NCBI GenBank assembly: GCA_002269645.1
Contig: NIVC01003805.1
Location: 12,133 to 76,132 of the forward strand
Origin: Macrostomum lignano
Taxonomy: Eukaryota
DNA: 64,000 nt
Direction of reading: 5' to 3'
The position numbers and the translations under genes are program-made. This document shows positions 47,280 through 59,100 of the stretch, in pieces. The stretch's first letter is position 1. Every line of letters starts with the position of its first letter. The notes beneath the pieces were generated by a model, which was not told the origin of the DNA, did no database searches, and saw only the letters and a program-made list of their open reading frames with translations.

Positions 47280-50200
47280 TCAGTAGAGGCTCTTCCCGCT
47301 GGCAATCCAGGCTTTCCGCATGGGGTGCATCTTGGGGTCGATCCACTCCATGTTGGCGGCGGCCCGCAGCCGCTCCAGCTCGCGCTCCCGCTCCTGCCGG
47401 AGCCGCTCCTCCTCCTGACGGCGCTCCTCCTCCTGCAGCTGGCGCAGGTGCTCGTTGAAGTTGATCTGCGCCTTCAGCTCTTCACCGAAGTTCAGATTCT
47501 TCTGATGACGGGCGGCCGCCTCCTCGCGCTCCTCCACCTTCATGGCTTCGATGCGGGCGAGGATTTCCGCCTTCTCCTCGGCGGCCTCCCGCTGCCGCCG
47601 CTCGTTGGCCAGCAGGCGCTCCTGGATCTGCGTGCGCCGCTCCGCCATGACCTGCTCCAGCAGCTGCCGCCTCGCCTCCTTCTCGCGGCGCCACTGGTCC
47701 ACTCGCTTCTGCCACTGCTGCTGGATCTCCGCGTCCAGAAGACGCTCCAGCTCCGCCTCCCTGCGGGTTTGGGCGCGGATTGTTGAGTGTGCGGGATTGG
47801 TGAGTGTGCGGGATTGGTGAGTGTGCGGGATTGGTGAGTGTGCGGGATTGGTGAGTGTGCGGGATTGGTGAGTGTGCGGGATTGGTGAGTGACTGTGCGG
47901 GATTCGTGAGTGTGCGGGATTGTTGAGTGTGCGGGATTGGTAAGTGTGCGGGATTGGTGAGTGTGCGGGATTGGTGAGTGACTGTGTGGGATTCGTGAGT
48001 GTGCGGGAATGTTGAGTGTGCGGGATTTGTGAGTGCGCGGGATTCGTGAGTGTGCGGGAATGTTGAGTGTGCGGGATTTGTGAGTGTGCGGGAATGTTGA
48101 GTGTGCGGGATTGGTGAGTGTGCGGTAATGTTGAGTGTGCGGGATTGTTGAGTGTGCGGGATTGGTGAGTGTGCGGGATTGGTGAGTGTGCGGGATTTGT
48201 GAGTGCGCGGGATTCGTGAGTGTGCGGGAATGTTGAGTGTGCGGGATTTGTGAGTGTGCGGGATTTGTGAGTGTGCGGGAATGTTGAGTGTGCGGGATTG
48301 GTGAGTGTGCGGGAATGTTGAGTGTGCGGGATCGTTGAGAGTGCGGGATCGGTGAGTGACTGTGCGGGATTGGTGAGTGACTGTGCGGGATTGGTGAGTG
48401 ACTGTGCGGGATTGGTGAGTGACTGTGCGGGATCGGTGAGTGACTGCGGAATTCGTGAGACAGATGCTGGAGTGTGAGACTAATTCCAGGGAAACCCACC
48501 TGGCCTTCTCCTCCTCCATCATGTTGCGCAGGTACTCGCGGTATCTGCGGTCCTCCTCCCTCATCGCCAGCTTCCTGGCCCGGGTGTTGGCCTCCTCCAC
48601 GCGGCTCTCCTCGGCCAGCTGCTCGAGGATCTTCATGTCGAAGGCCAGCTCCTCCTGGGCCTCGCGGGCCTTCTGGCGCATCCGCAGGCGGATGTTGCGG
48701 TCCAGCATCCGGCGAGTCTCCTGCTCCTTGCGGCGCCGCTCCTCAGCCGCCTGAGCCGCCTCCACCTGCGGGTTCGAGTCAGTGTTTTTCCCTGGGAAAT
48801 GCTCCGGGAGAAACCTGGGCTGACTTGGGGCTGGTGAGCTGTGCAACCCTGCTCACCTTTCGGAGCTCCTCCATCTCGCGGACCAGCTGAGCCTCCTCCT
48901 CCTTCAGCTTGAGCTCCTCGTCGCGTCTGGCCTTGAAGGCGGCCCGCTGTTGCTCCAGCACCGCCACCGTCTCCATCTCGCGCTGCTTGCGCTCCGCCAG
49001 GTCCCGCTCCTCACGCTCCGCCTTGGCTGCCAGCTCCTCCTTCCACAGCTCGTGAAAATAGCGCTCCTCTGCCTGGCGCTGCGCCTCCAGGCGCTTCTTC
49101 AGGTGCACCTGCGGATGCGATGGCGGTGAGACAGTTAGCGGGTGAGACAGTTGGCGGTGAGACAGTTGGGGGTGAGCCAGTTGGTGGGTGAGACAGTTGG
49201 CGGGTGAGACAGTTGGTGGGTGAGACAGTTGGCGGGTGAGACAGTTGGTGGGTGAGACAGTTGGTGGGTGAGACAGTTGGTGGGTGAGACAGTTGGTGGG
49301 TGAGACAGTTGGCGGGTGAGACAGTTGGCGGGTGAGACAGTTAGTGGGTGAGACAGTTGGTGGGTGAGACAGTTGGTGGGTGAGACAGTTAGTGAGTGAG
49401 ACAGTTGGTGGGTGAGACAGTTAGTGAGTGAGACAGTTAGTGAGTGAGACAGTTGGTGGGTGAGACAGTTGGTGGGTGAGACAGTTGGTGGGTGAGACAG
49501 TTGGTGGGTGAGACAGTTGGCGGGTGAGACAGTTTGTGGGTGAGACAGTTGGCGGGTGAGACAGTTGGTGGGTGAGACAGTTGGTGGGTGAGACAGTTGG
49601 TGGGTGAGACAGTTGGTGGGTGAGACAGTTGGCGGGTGAGACAGTTGGCGGGTGAGACAGTTAGTGGGTGAGACAGTTGGTGGGTGAGACAGTTGGTGGG
49701 TGAGACAGTTGGTGGGTGAGACAGTTGGTGGGTGAGACAGTTAGTGAGTGAGACAGTTTGTGGGTGAGACAGTTGGTGAGTGAGACAGTTGGTGGGTGAG
49801 ACAGTTGGTGGGTGAGACAGTTGGCGGGTGAGACAGTTGGCGGGTGAGACAGTTGGGGGTGAGCCAGTTGGTGGGTGAGACAGTTGGCGGGTGAGACAGT
49901 TGGCGGGTGAGACAGTTGGCGGGTGAGACAGTTGGTGGGTGAGACAGTTGGTGGGTGAGACAGTTGGTGGGTGAGACAGTTGGTGGGTGAGACAGTTGGT
50001 GGGTGAGACAGTTGGTGGGTGAGACAGTTGGTGGGTGAGACAGTTGGTGGGTGAGACAGTTGGTGGGTGAGACAGTTGGTGGGTGAGACAGTTGGTGGGT
50101 GAGACAGTTGGTGGGTGAGACAGTTGGTGGGTGAGACAGTTGGTGGGTGAGACAGTTGGTGGGTGAGACAGTTGGTGGGTGAGACAGTTGGTGGGTGAGA

Positions 50201-51780
50201 CAGTTGGTGGGTAAGACAGTTGGAGCTTGCTAAGACGGTCACCTGATTGTCCCGCTCGGCGATGACCTCCGCCAGGTGCCGCTTCTGCAGGTTGGTGCGC
50301 AGCTCCTCGCTCTGCTCCCGCCACAGCTCGTTCATCTTCTGCTCAACCAGCTGCTGCCGCTCCGCCTCTTTCTCCTCCCTGAGCTGCTTGGCCCGCTCGC
50401 GCATCTTGGCCTGGCGCTCCAGCACCGTCTCCTGGCTGGCGTCCATCTCCTCCAGGTGGCGCCGCTCGTCAGCCTCCAGCAGGGCGCGCAGTCGGTCCCG
50501 GCGCTCCTCGATGCGCATCTCCATCTGGCGCCGGTACTCCTGCAGCCGGCGGTTGACGGCCTTGCGCTGCAGCCGCTTGTTGGTCTGCTGCTCCCAGTCG
50601 CTGCGCATGTCCATGAGGGCCTGGGCGCGGACCTCGGCGTCTCTCTCCGCCCGGCGGGCGGCCTCCTCCCGGCTCTGTTGGATGATCCAGTCGCCGCCGC
50701 CGCTGCCCGGTGTTCGGCCCAGCTACGAAAATAGATGGATTTGTTTTAATCCTGCCGTTTTAGGCGAATTCTTTCGAATTCTTTTAATTTGCTTTGGACA
50801 TGACTGTGAGCAGCGATTCCTCAAAGAATTCGATAGTGAAAGAATCGCTTCATTCTTCTTCGCTTTTAATTAGAACAACTTCGCTTGATTTCAAGACATG
50901 TTTTAATCGACAATTAATTATCTATTCGCTGCTCTTTTATGTGTTTGGGGTTATAAATTTTTGTTTAATTGTAATACACATTTTGTGTCGTTGAGTAAAA
51001 AATGTTTATTTTTTGTTCTTATAAAGTTATAAGTATTAAAAACCATAAAACAATTTTCGCTAATAGTCCCATATATGAGACATTTAAAACAATATATTCT
51101 GTACTTTATTAGCCATCTCTTCAAAAATTTGAAAGTTATAAAGTCCTGATTTAGAGACACTATATAATTCAGAAGGAAACAGCATTCTGATTTTTATTTA
51201 GAGATTAGACCTACACTAAAACTTTCTTGAAAGTGGAGGTAAAGCTACTTTGAATTTGTTTTCCAGCATTTGTATGGCCTTCAAAATTGCTAGTTTTAAT
51301 GAGTGAAAAGAAGAAAGGCTTTATAAATTTTTAAAAACTTCAAAAGTTTGCATTTATAACTTTTTATAATTTATAACTTTTATCTTAATTTAAAACAATA
51401 AATTTCAACTCTGATTTAAGCATAACATTAACACAATAACAATTGCCCATGTAGTTCGCTCATTAATTTTCTTTTTTAAATAATGTTAAAAATGGTATAT
51501 CTTGTACTTCGCATTCTCCAAGGCTTCTGTAGTTACAGTCGTAGACGTTTCTTGTTCTATTCATTTTGCCGAAACTATTGGGTTTATATGTGTCATCAAA
51601 TCACTGTATTATAAACACAGTATTAGTATTTGATTTTTAAAATTTTATTTAACACACTATACATACTTATTGATGTAAGAGAAAAAATTAAGATATTTAT
51701 TCACTTACAATTCCAACGCTGTTGGGCTCCGGCCCACGAAATTCCCTTTGGCGCGTCCTCCTTTTTTCTACTGTAAGCAT
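47280..51780 (-). CDS. CFAP53: Cilia- and flagella-associated protein 53 (CCDC11), 516 aa; exons 51780-51709, 50722-50243, 49108-48857, 48765-48500, 47760-47280
   Basis: All GT-AG, phases 0,0,0,2 close correctly; QREFRGPEP, IEERRDRLRALL, REQSEELR, FHELWKEE, KEARRQLLEQVM, HPMRKA match the CFAP53 coiled-coil family. Confidence 0.9.
47778..48447. repeat. 17-bp minisatellite (ATTGGTGAGTGTGCGGG) in CFAP53 intron 4
   Basis: Directly visible with variants. Confidence 0.93.
49122..50222. repeat. 16-bp minisatellite (GGGTGAGACAGTTGGT) in CFAP53 intron 2
   Basis: Directly visible, about 68 copies. Confidence 0.95.
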
Positions 51781-52388
51781 TCTGATATGAGGAACAATAC
51801 CAAAGCGTAAAAAACAGGCGAATTTGTGAAAAGTTAAAAATTGAATTGATAAACCCTAAATCTTTTACTATGGTTCCAATTAGCTAGGGCATATGTTTAT
51901 TTATTTTTAAAAAAATACCTTTTTTATAATTTTTTAATAGGAATTTTTACGTAGATTGAAAGCTTTTGATTCGATCTAATAAAAACAGAGCATTAATTTG
52001 TTATAGTTTTTGTGACGATAAAATTTTACCGGAAAACAACATACCATAGTAAAGTGTTAGAAGAGGCTAATTATGCCTAACCCTTGTGAAGAGACATGGG
52101 AGGGGTAGGGTAGTATATTTAGAGCGTCAGACTTTAAAATCCCACTAGTTTTATCGTTTCTTTACTTATTCAGCGAAGCAGGAGCGGTCTTCATGGGACT
52201 CGTTTCTGATGTACCCACCGATGTAGTGGCAAAAATTGAAATGGCGACTGGTATTAGGGATATTTTTCGTTCATGTTCATGGAAATTTAAAAAATCGCTG
52301 CAAAGAAAGATAGCGGAAGTGTCTCCAAAGCTTACCTCTTATATGAGGTAAACTAATCTAGCTGCAAGACAATGCTACAAGCTTTTAT

Positions 52389-52427
52389 CAAGGACCACTG
52401 TAATATAGCTATATACAGTGGTCCTTG
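52389..52427. mobile_element. 39-bp palindromic mini-element, CAAGGAC..GTCCTTG ends, 8-bp TSD GCTTTTAT
   Basis: 14-bp perfect inverted repeats; GCTTTTAT at 52381-52388 and 52428-52435. Confidence 0.72.
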
Positions 52428-52977
52428 GCTTTTATCAAGATAAGCTGGATTTTTAACAACAGAGTTCTTTTTGGGTAGATTAGAAAAGAAATTAGGTTGC
52501 TCTTAAAGATTGAGCTGTTGTGTATTCAAACATATACAAGTACATAAATACTGTACTGTACGAAATTATAAGAAGCTTTCTGGTAGTTATAGAAGGCAAG
52601 GATAGGATTAACTTATTAAAATAGAGCATGAATAGTACGTATCAGCTAGTCATTCGCAATTACACCCTACAGCAAAGTATCTATCTTAACAACATTCGAG
52701 TGAATATGCGCTGGAAAAATTTAAAGCGACAAGAGATTATGTTTACAATATAGCGCTATTGCTAACAGTCTGTTTTCCGACCCTATTTTAAAATTGATTT
52801 CAGCATGCATGTTTGTGGAGAGTTTATGTACAGTACGAGCTTGTACTAGCGAGGTAGTGAATCATAGCGTTAACAAGCTGCAATCCTAGGGGTGGCTGTT
52901 AACTGTTTTTTAATGCGATTGATATGATACGATCATCATCGTACGATCATTTCATCATGTATGGTACCATACATGAT

Positions 52978-53126
52978 CAAGCGCGTCGCCACCGGGGGGG
53001 GGGGAACAGGGGGAAAGTAAAAGCTATGGGGGGACATGCCAATGCATTGTCCCCCTCACCCACCACCTTGTGACTCGTTGTGGTAATTAATAATTTTTCT
53101 TAAGGGCGCTAAAATATAGCGCCTTC
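52978..53126 (+). mobile_element. GC-rich transposon-end-like sequence heading the satellite
   Basis: CAAGCGCGTCGCCA, G-run, GGGGGACA..TGTCCCCC hairpin, GGCGCTAAAA..GCGCCTTCGGCGCC; recalled similarity to non-autonomous DNA-transposon ends of invertebrates (unverified). Confidence 0.45.
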
Positions 53127-56100
53127 GGCGCCAAAATGAGTGCCTGCGGCGCTAAAAGTAATGCCTGCGGTGCTAAAATGAGTATCTACGGCGCTAAAAG
53201 GAATGCCTGCAGCGCCAAAATGAGTATCTACGGCGCTAAAAGGAATGCCTGCAGCGCTAAAATGAGTATCTACGGCGCTAAAAGGAATGCCTGCAGCGCC
53301 AAAATGAGTATCTACGGCGCTAAAAGGAATGCCTGCAGCGCCAAAATGAGTATCTACGGCGCTAAAAGGAATGCCTGCGGCGCTAAAATGAGTATCTACG
53401 GCGCTAAAAGGAATGCCTGCGGCGCTAAAATGAGTATCTACGGCGCTAAAATGAGTATCTACGGCGCTAAAATGAGTATCTACGGCGCTAAAAGGAATGC
53501 CTGCAGCGCCAAAATGAGTATCTACGGCGCTAAAAGGAATGCCTGCGGCGCTAAAATGAGTATCTACGGCGCTAAAATGAGTATCTACGGCGCTAAAAGG
53601 AATGCCTGCGGCGCTAAAATGAGTATCTACGGCGCTAAAAGGAATGCCTGCGGCGCTAAAATGAGTATCTACGGCGCTAAAAGGAATGCCTGCGGCGCTA
53701 AAATGAGTATCTACGGCGCTAAAAGGAATGCCTGCGGCGCTAAAATGAGTATCTACGGCGCTAAAAGGAATGCCTGCGGCGCTAAAATGAGTATCTACGG
53801 CGCTAAAAGGAATGCCTGCGGCGCTAAAATGAGTATCTACGGCGCTAAAAGGAATGCCTGCGGCGCTAAAATGAGTATCTACGGCGCTAAAAGGAATGCC
53901 TGCGGCGCTAAAATGAGTATCTACGGCGCTAAAAGGAATGCCTGCGGCGCTAAAATGAGTATCTACGGCGCTAAAAGGAATGCCTGCAGCGCTAAAATGA
54001 GTATCTACGGCGCTAAAAGGAATGCCTGCGGCGCTAAAATGAGTATCTACGGCGCTAAAAGGAATGCCTGCGGCGCTAAAATGAGTATCTACGGCGCTAA
54101 AATGAGTATCTACGGCGCTAAAATGAGTATCTACGGCGCTAAAAGGAATGCCTGCGGCGCTAAAATGAGTATCTACGGCGCTAAAAGGAATGCCTGCGGC
54201 GCTAAAATGAGTATCTACGGCGCTAAAAGGAATGCCTGCAGCGCTAAAATGAGTATCTACGGCGCTAAAAGGAATGCCTGCGGCGCTAAAATGAGTATCT
54301 ACGGCGCTAAAAGGAATGCCTGCGGCGCTAAAATGAGTATCTACGGCGCTAAAAGGAATGCCTGCGGCGCTAAAATGAGTATCTACGGCGCTAAAAGGAA
54401 TGCCTGCGGCGCTAAAATGAGTATCTACGGCGCTAAAAGGAATGCCTGCGGCGCTAAAATGAGTATCTACGGCGCTAAAAGGAATGCCTGCAGCGCTAAA
54501 ATGAGTATCTACGGCGCTAAAAGGAATGCCTGCGGCGCTAAAATGAGTATCTACGGCGCTAAAAGGAATGCCTGCGGCGCTAAAATGAGTATCTACGGCG
54601 CTAAAATGAGTATCTACGGCGCTAAAATGAGTATCTACGGCGCTAAAAGGAATGCCTGCGGCGCTAAAATGAGTATCTACGGCGCTAAAAGGAATGCCTG
54701 CAGCGCTAAAATGAGTATCGACGGCGCTAAAAGGAATGCCTGCGGCGCTAAAATGAGTATCTACGGCGCTAAAAGGAATGCCTGCGGCGCTAAAATGAGT
54801 ATCTACGGCGCTAAAAGGAATGCCTGCGGCGCTAAAATGAGTATCTACGGCGCTAAAAGGAATGCCTGCGCGCTAAAATGAGTATCTACGGCGCTAAAAG
54901 GAATGCCTGCAGCGCTAAAATGAGTATCTACGGCGCTAAAAGGAATGCCTGCGGCGCTAAAATGAGTATCTACGGCGCTAAAAGGAATGCCTGCGGCGCT
55001 AAAATGAGTATCTACGGCGCTAAAAGGAATGCCTGCGGCGCTAAAATGAGTATCTACGGCGCTAAAAGGAATGCCTGCGGCGCTAAAATGAGTATCTACG
55101 GCGCTAAAAGGAATGCCTGCGGCGCTAAAATGAGTATCTACGGCGCTAAAAGGAATGCCTGCGGCGCTAAAATGAGTATCTACGGCGCTAAAAGGAATGC
55201 CTGCGGCGCTAAAATGAGTATCTACGGCGCTAAAAGGAATGCCTGCGGCGCTAAAATGAGTATCTACGGCGCTAAAAGGAATGCCTGCGGCGCTAAAATG
55301 AGTATCTACGGCGCTAAAAGGAATGCCTGCGGCGCTAAAATGAGTATCTACGGCGCTAAAAGGAATGCCTGCGGCGCTAAAATGAGTATCTACGGCGCTA
55401 AAAGGAATGCCTGCGGCGCTAAAATGAGTATCTACGGCGCTAAAAGGAATGCCTGCGGCGCTAAAATGAGTATCTACGGCGCTAAAAGGAATGCCTGCGG
55501 CGCTAAAATGAGTATCTACGGCGCTAAAAGGAATGCCTGCGGCGCTAAAATGAGTATCTACGGCGCTAAAAGGAATGCCTGCGGCGCTAAAATGAGTATC
55601 TACGGCGCTAAAAGGAATGCCTGCGGCGCTAAAATGAGTATCTACGGCGCTAAAAGGAATGCCTGCGGCGCTAAAATGAGTATCTACGGCGCTAAAAGGA
55701 ATGCCTGCGGCGCTAAAATGAGTATCTACGGCGCTAAAAGGAATGCCTGCGGCGCTAAAATGAGTATCTACGGCGCTAAAATGAGTATCTACGGCGCTAA
55801 AAGAGTATCTGCGGCGCTAAAATGAGTATCTACGGCGCTAAAAGGAATGCCTGCGGCGCTAAAATGAGTATCTACGGCGCTAAAAGGAATGCCTGCGGCG
55901 CTAAAATGAGTATCTACGGCGCTAAAAGGAATGCCTGCGGCGCTAAAATGAGTATCTACGGCGCTAAAAGGAATGCCTGCGGCGCTAAAATGAGTATCTA
56001 CGGCGCTAAAAGGAATGCCTGCGGCGCTAAAATGAGTATCTACGGCGCTAAAAGGAATGCCTGCGGCGCTAAAATGAGTATCTACGGCGCTAAAAGGAAT

Positions 56101-59100
56101 GCCTGCGGCGCTAAAATGAGTATCTACGGCGCTAAAAGGAATGCCTGCGGCGCTAAAATGAGTATCTACGGCGCTAAAAGGAATGCCTGCGCGCTAAAAT
56201 GAGTATCTACGGCGCTAAAAGGAATGCCTGCGGCGCTAAAATGAGTATCTACGGCGCTAAAAGGAATGCCTGCGGCGCTAAAATGAGTATCTACGGCGCT
56301 AAAAGGAATGCCTGCGGCGCTAAAATGAGTATCTACGGCGCTAAAAGGCGCTAATGCTGCGGCGCTAAAATGAGTATCTACGGCGCTAAAAGGAATGCCT
56401 GCGGCGCTAAAATGAGTATCTACGGCGCTAAAAGGAATGCCTGCGGCGCTAAAATGAGTATCTACGGCGCTAAAAGGAATGAGAGTATCTACGGCGCTAA
56501 AAGGAATGCCTGCGGCGCTAAAATGAGTATCTACGGCGCTAAAAGGAATGCCTGCGGCGCTAAAATGAGTATCTACGGCGCTAAAAGGAATGCCTGCGGC
56601 GCTAAAATGAGTATCTACGGCGCTAAAAGGAATGCCTGCGGCGCTAAAATGAGTATCTACGGCGCTAAAAGGAATGCCTGCGGCGCTAAAATGAGTATCT
56701 ACGGCGCTAAAAGGAATGCCTGCGGCGCTAAAATGAGTATCTACGGCGCTAAAAGGAATGCCTGCGGCGCTAAAATGAGTATCTACGGCGCTAAAAGGAA
56801 TGCCTGCGGCGCTAAAATGAGTATCTACGGCGCTAAAAGGAATGCCTGCGGCGCTAAAATGAGTATCTACGGCGCTAAAAGGAATGCCTGCGGCGCTAAA
56901 ATGAGTATCTACGGCGCTAAAAGGAATGCCTGCGGCGCTAAAATGAGTATCTACGGCGCTAAAAGGAATGCCTGCGGCGCTAAAATGAGTATCTACGGCG
57001 CTAAAAGGAATGCCTGCGGCGCTAAAATGAGTATCTACGGCGCTAAAAGGAATGCCTACGGCGCTAAAATGAGTATCTACGGCGCTAAAATGAGTATCTA
57101 CGGCGCTAAAAGGAATGCCTGCGGCGCTAAAATGAGTATCTACGGCGCTAAAAGGAATGCCTGCGGCGCTAAAATGAGTATCTACGGCGCTAAAAGGAAT
57201 GCCTGCGGCGCTAAAATGAGTATCTACGGCGCTAAAAGGAATGCCTGCGGCGCTAAAATGAGTATCTACGGCGCTAAAAGGAATGCCTGCAGGCGCTAAA
57301 ATGAGTATCTACGGCGCTAAAAGGAATGCCTGCGGCGCTAAAATGAGTATCTACGGCGCTAAAAGGAATGCCTGCGGCGCTAAAATGAGTATCTACGGCG
57401 CTAAAAGGAATGCCTGCGGCGCTAAAATGAGTATCTACGGCGCTAAAAGGAATGCCTGCGGCGCTAAAATGAGTATCTACGGCGCTAAAAGGAATGCCTG
57501 CGGCGCTAAAATGAGTATCTACGGCGCTAAAAGGAATGCCTGCGCGCTAAAATGAGTATCTACGGCGCTAAAAGGAATGCCTGCGGCGCTAAAATGAGTA
57601 TCTACGGCGCTAAAAGGAATGCCTGCGGCGCTAAAATGAGTATCTACGGCGCTAAAAGGAATGCCTGCGGCGCTAAAATGAGTATCTACGGCGCTAAAAG
57701 GAATGCCTGCGGCGCTAAAATGAGTATCTACGGCGCTAAAAGGAATGCCTGCGGCGCTAAAATGAGTATCTACGGCGCTAAAAGGAATGCCTGCGGCGCT
57801 AAAATGAGTATCTACGGCGCTAAAAGGAATGCCTGCGGCGCTAAAATGAGTATCTACGGCGCTAAAAGGAATGCCTGCGGCGCTAAAATGAGTATCTACG
57901 GCGCTAAAAGGAATGCCTGCGGCGCTAAAATGAGTATCTACGGCGCTAAAAGGAATGCCTGCGGCGCTAAAATGAGTATCTACGGCGCTAAAAGGAATGC
58001 CTGCGGCGCTAAAATGAGTATCTACGGCGCTAAAAGGAATGCCTGCGGCGCTAAAATGAGTATCCTGCGGCGCTAAAATGAGTATCTACGGCGCTAAAAG
58101 GAATGCCTGCGGCGCTAAAATGAGTATCTACGGCGCTAAAAGGAATGCCTGCGGCGCTAAAATGAGTATCTACGGCGCTAAAAGGAATGCCTGCGGCGCT
58201 AAAATGAGTATCTACGGCGCTAAAAGGAATGCCTGCGGCGCTAAAATGAGTATCTACGGCGCTAAAAGGAATGCCTGCGGCGCTAAAATGAGTATCTACG
58301 GCGCTAAAAGGAATGCCTGCGGCGCTAAAATGAGTATCTACGGCGCTAAAAGGAATGCCTGCGGCGCTAAAATGAGTATCTACGGCGCTAAAAGGAATGC
58401 CTGCGGCGCTAAAATGAGTATCTACGGCGCTAAAAGGAATGCCTGCGGCGCTAAAATGAGTATCTACGGCGCTAAAAGGAATGCCTGCGGCGCTAAAATG
58501 AGTATCTACGGCGCTAAAAGGAATGCCTGCGGCGCTAAAATGAGTATCTACGGCGCTAAAAGGAATGCCTGCGGCGCTAAAATGAGTATCTACGGCGCTA
58601 AAAGGAATGCCTGCGGCGCTAAAATGAGTATCTACGGCGCTAAAAGGAATGCCTGCGGCGCTAAAATGAGTATCTACGGCGCTAAAAGGAATGCCTGCGG
58701 CGCTAAAATGAGTATCTACGGCGCTAAAAGGAATGCCTGCGGCGCCAAAATGAGTATCTACGGCGCTAAAAGGAATGCCTACGGCGCTAAAATGAGTATC
58801 TACGGCGCTAAAAGGAATGCCTGCGGCGCTAAAATGAGTATCTACGGCGCTAAAAGGAATGCCTGCGGCGCTAAAATGAGTATCTACGGCGCTAAAAGGA
58901 ATGCCTGCGGCGCTAAAATGAGTATCTACGGCGCTAAAAGGAATGCCTGCGGCGCTAAAATGAGTATCTACGGCGCTAAAAGGAATGCCTGCGGCGCTAA
59001 AATGAGTATCTACGGCGCTAAAAGGAATGCCTGCGGCGCTAAAATGAGTATCTACGGCGCTAAAATGAGTATCTACGGCGCTAAAAGGAATGCCTGCGGC

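Noticed and set aside
45409-50324. His/Thr/Pro/Gly-rich ORFs in minisatellites and antisense to CFAP53
   Set aside because: Translations of tandem repeats or of GC-rich antisense exons; splice analysis places the repeats in introns or intergenic DNA.
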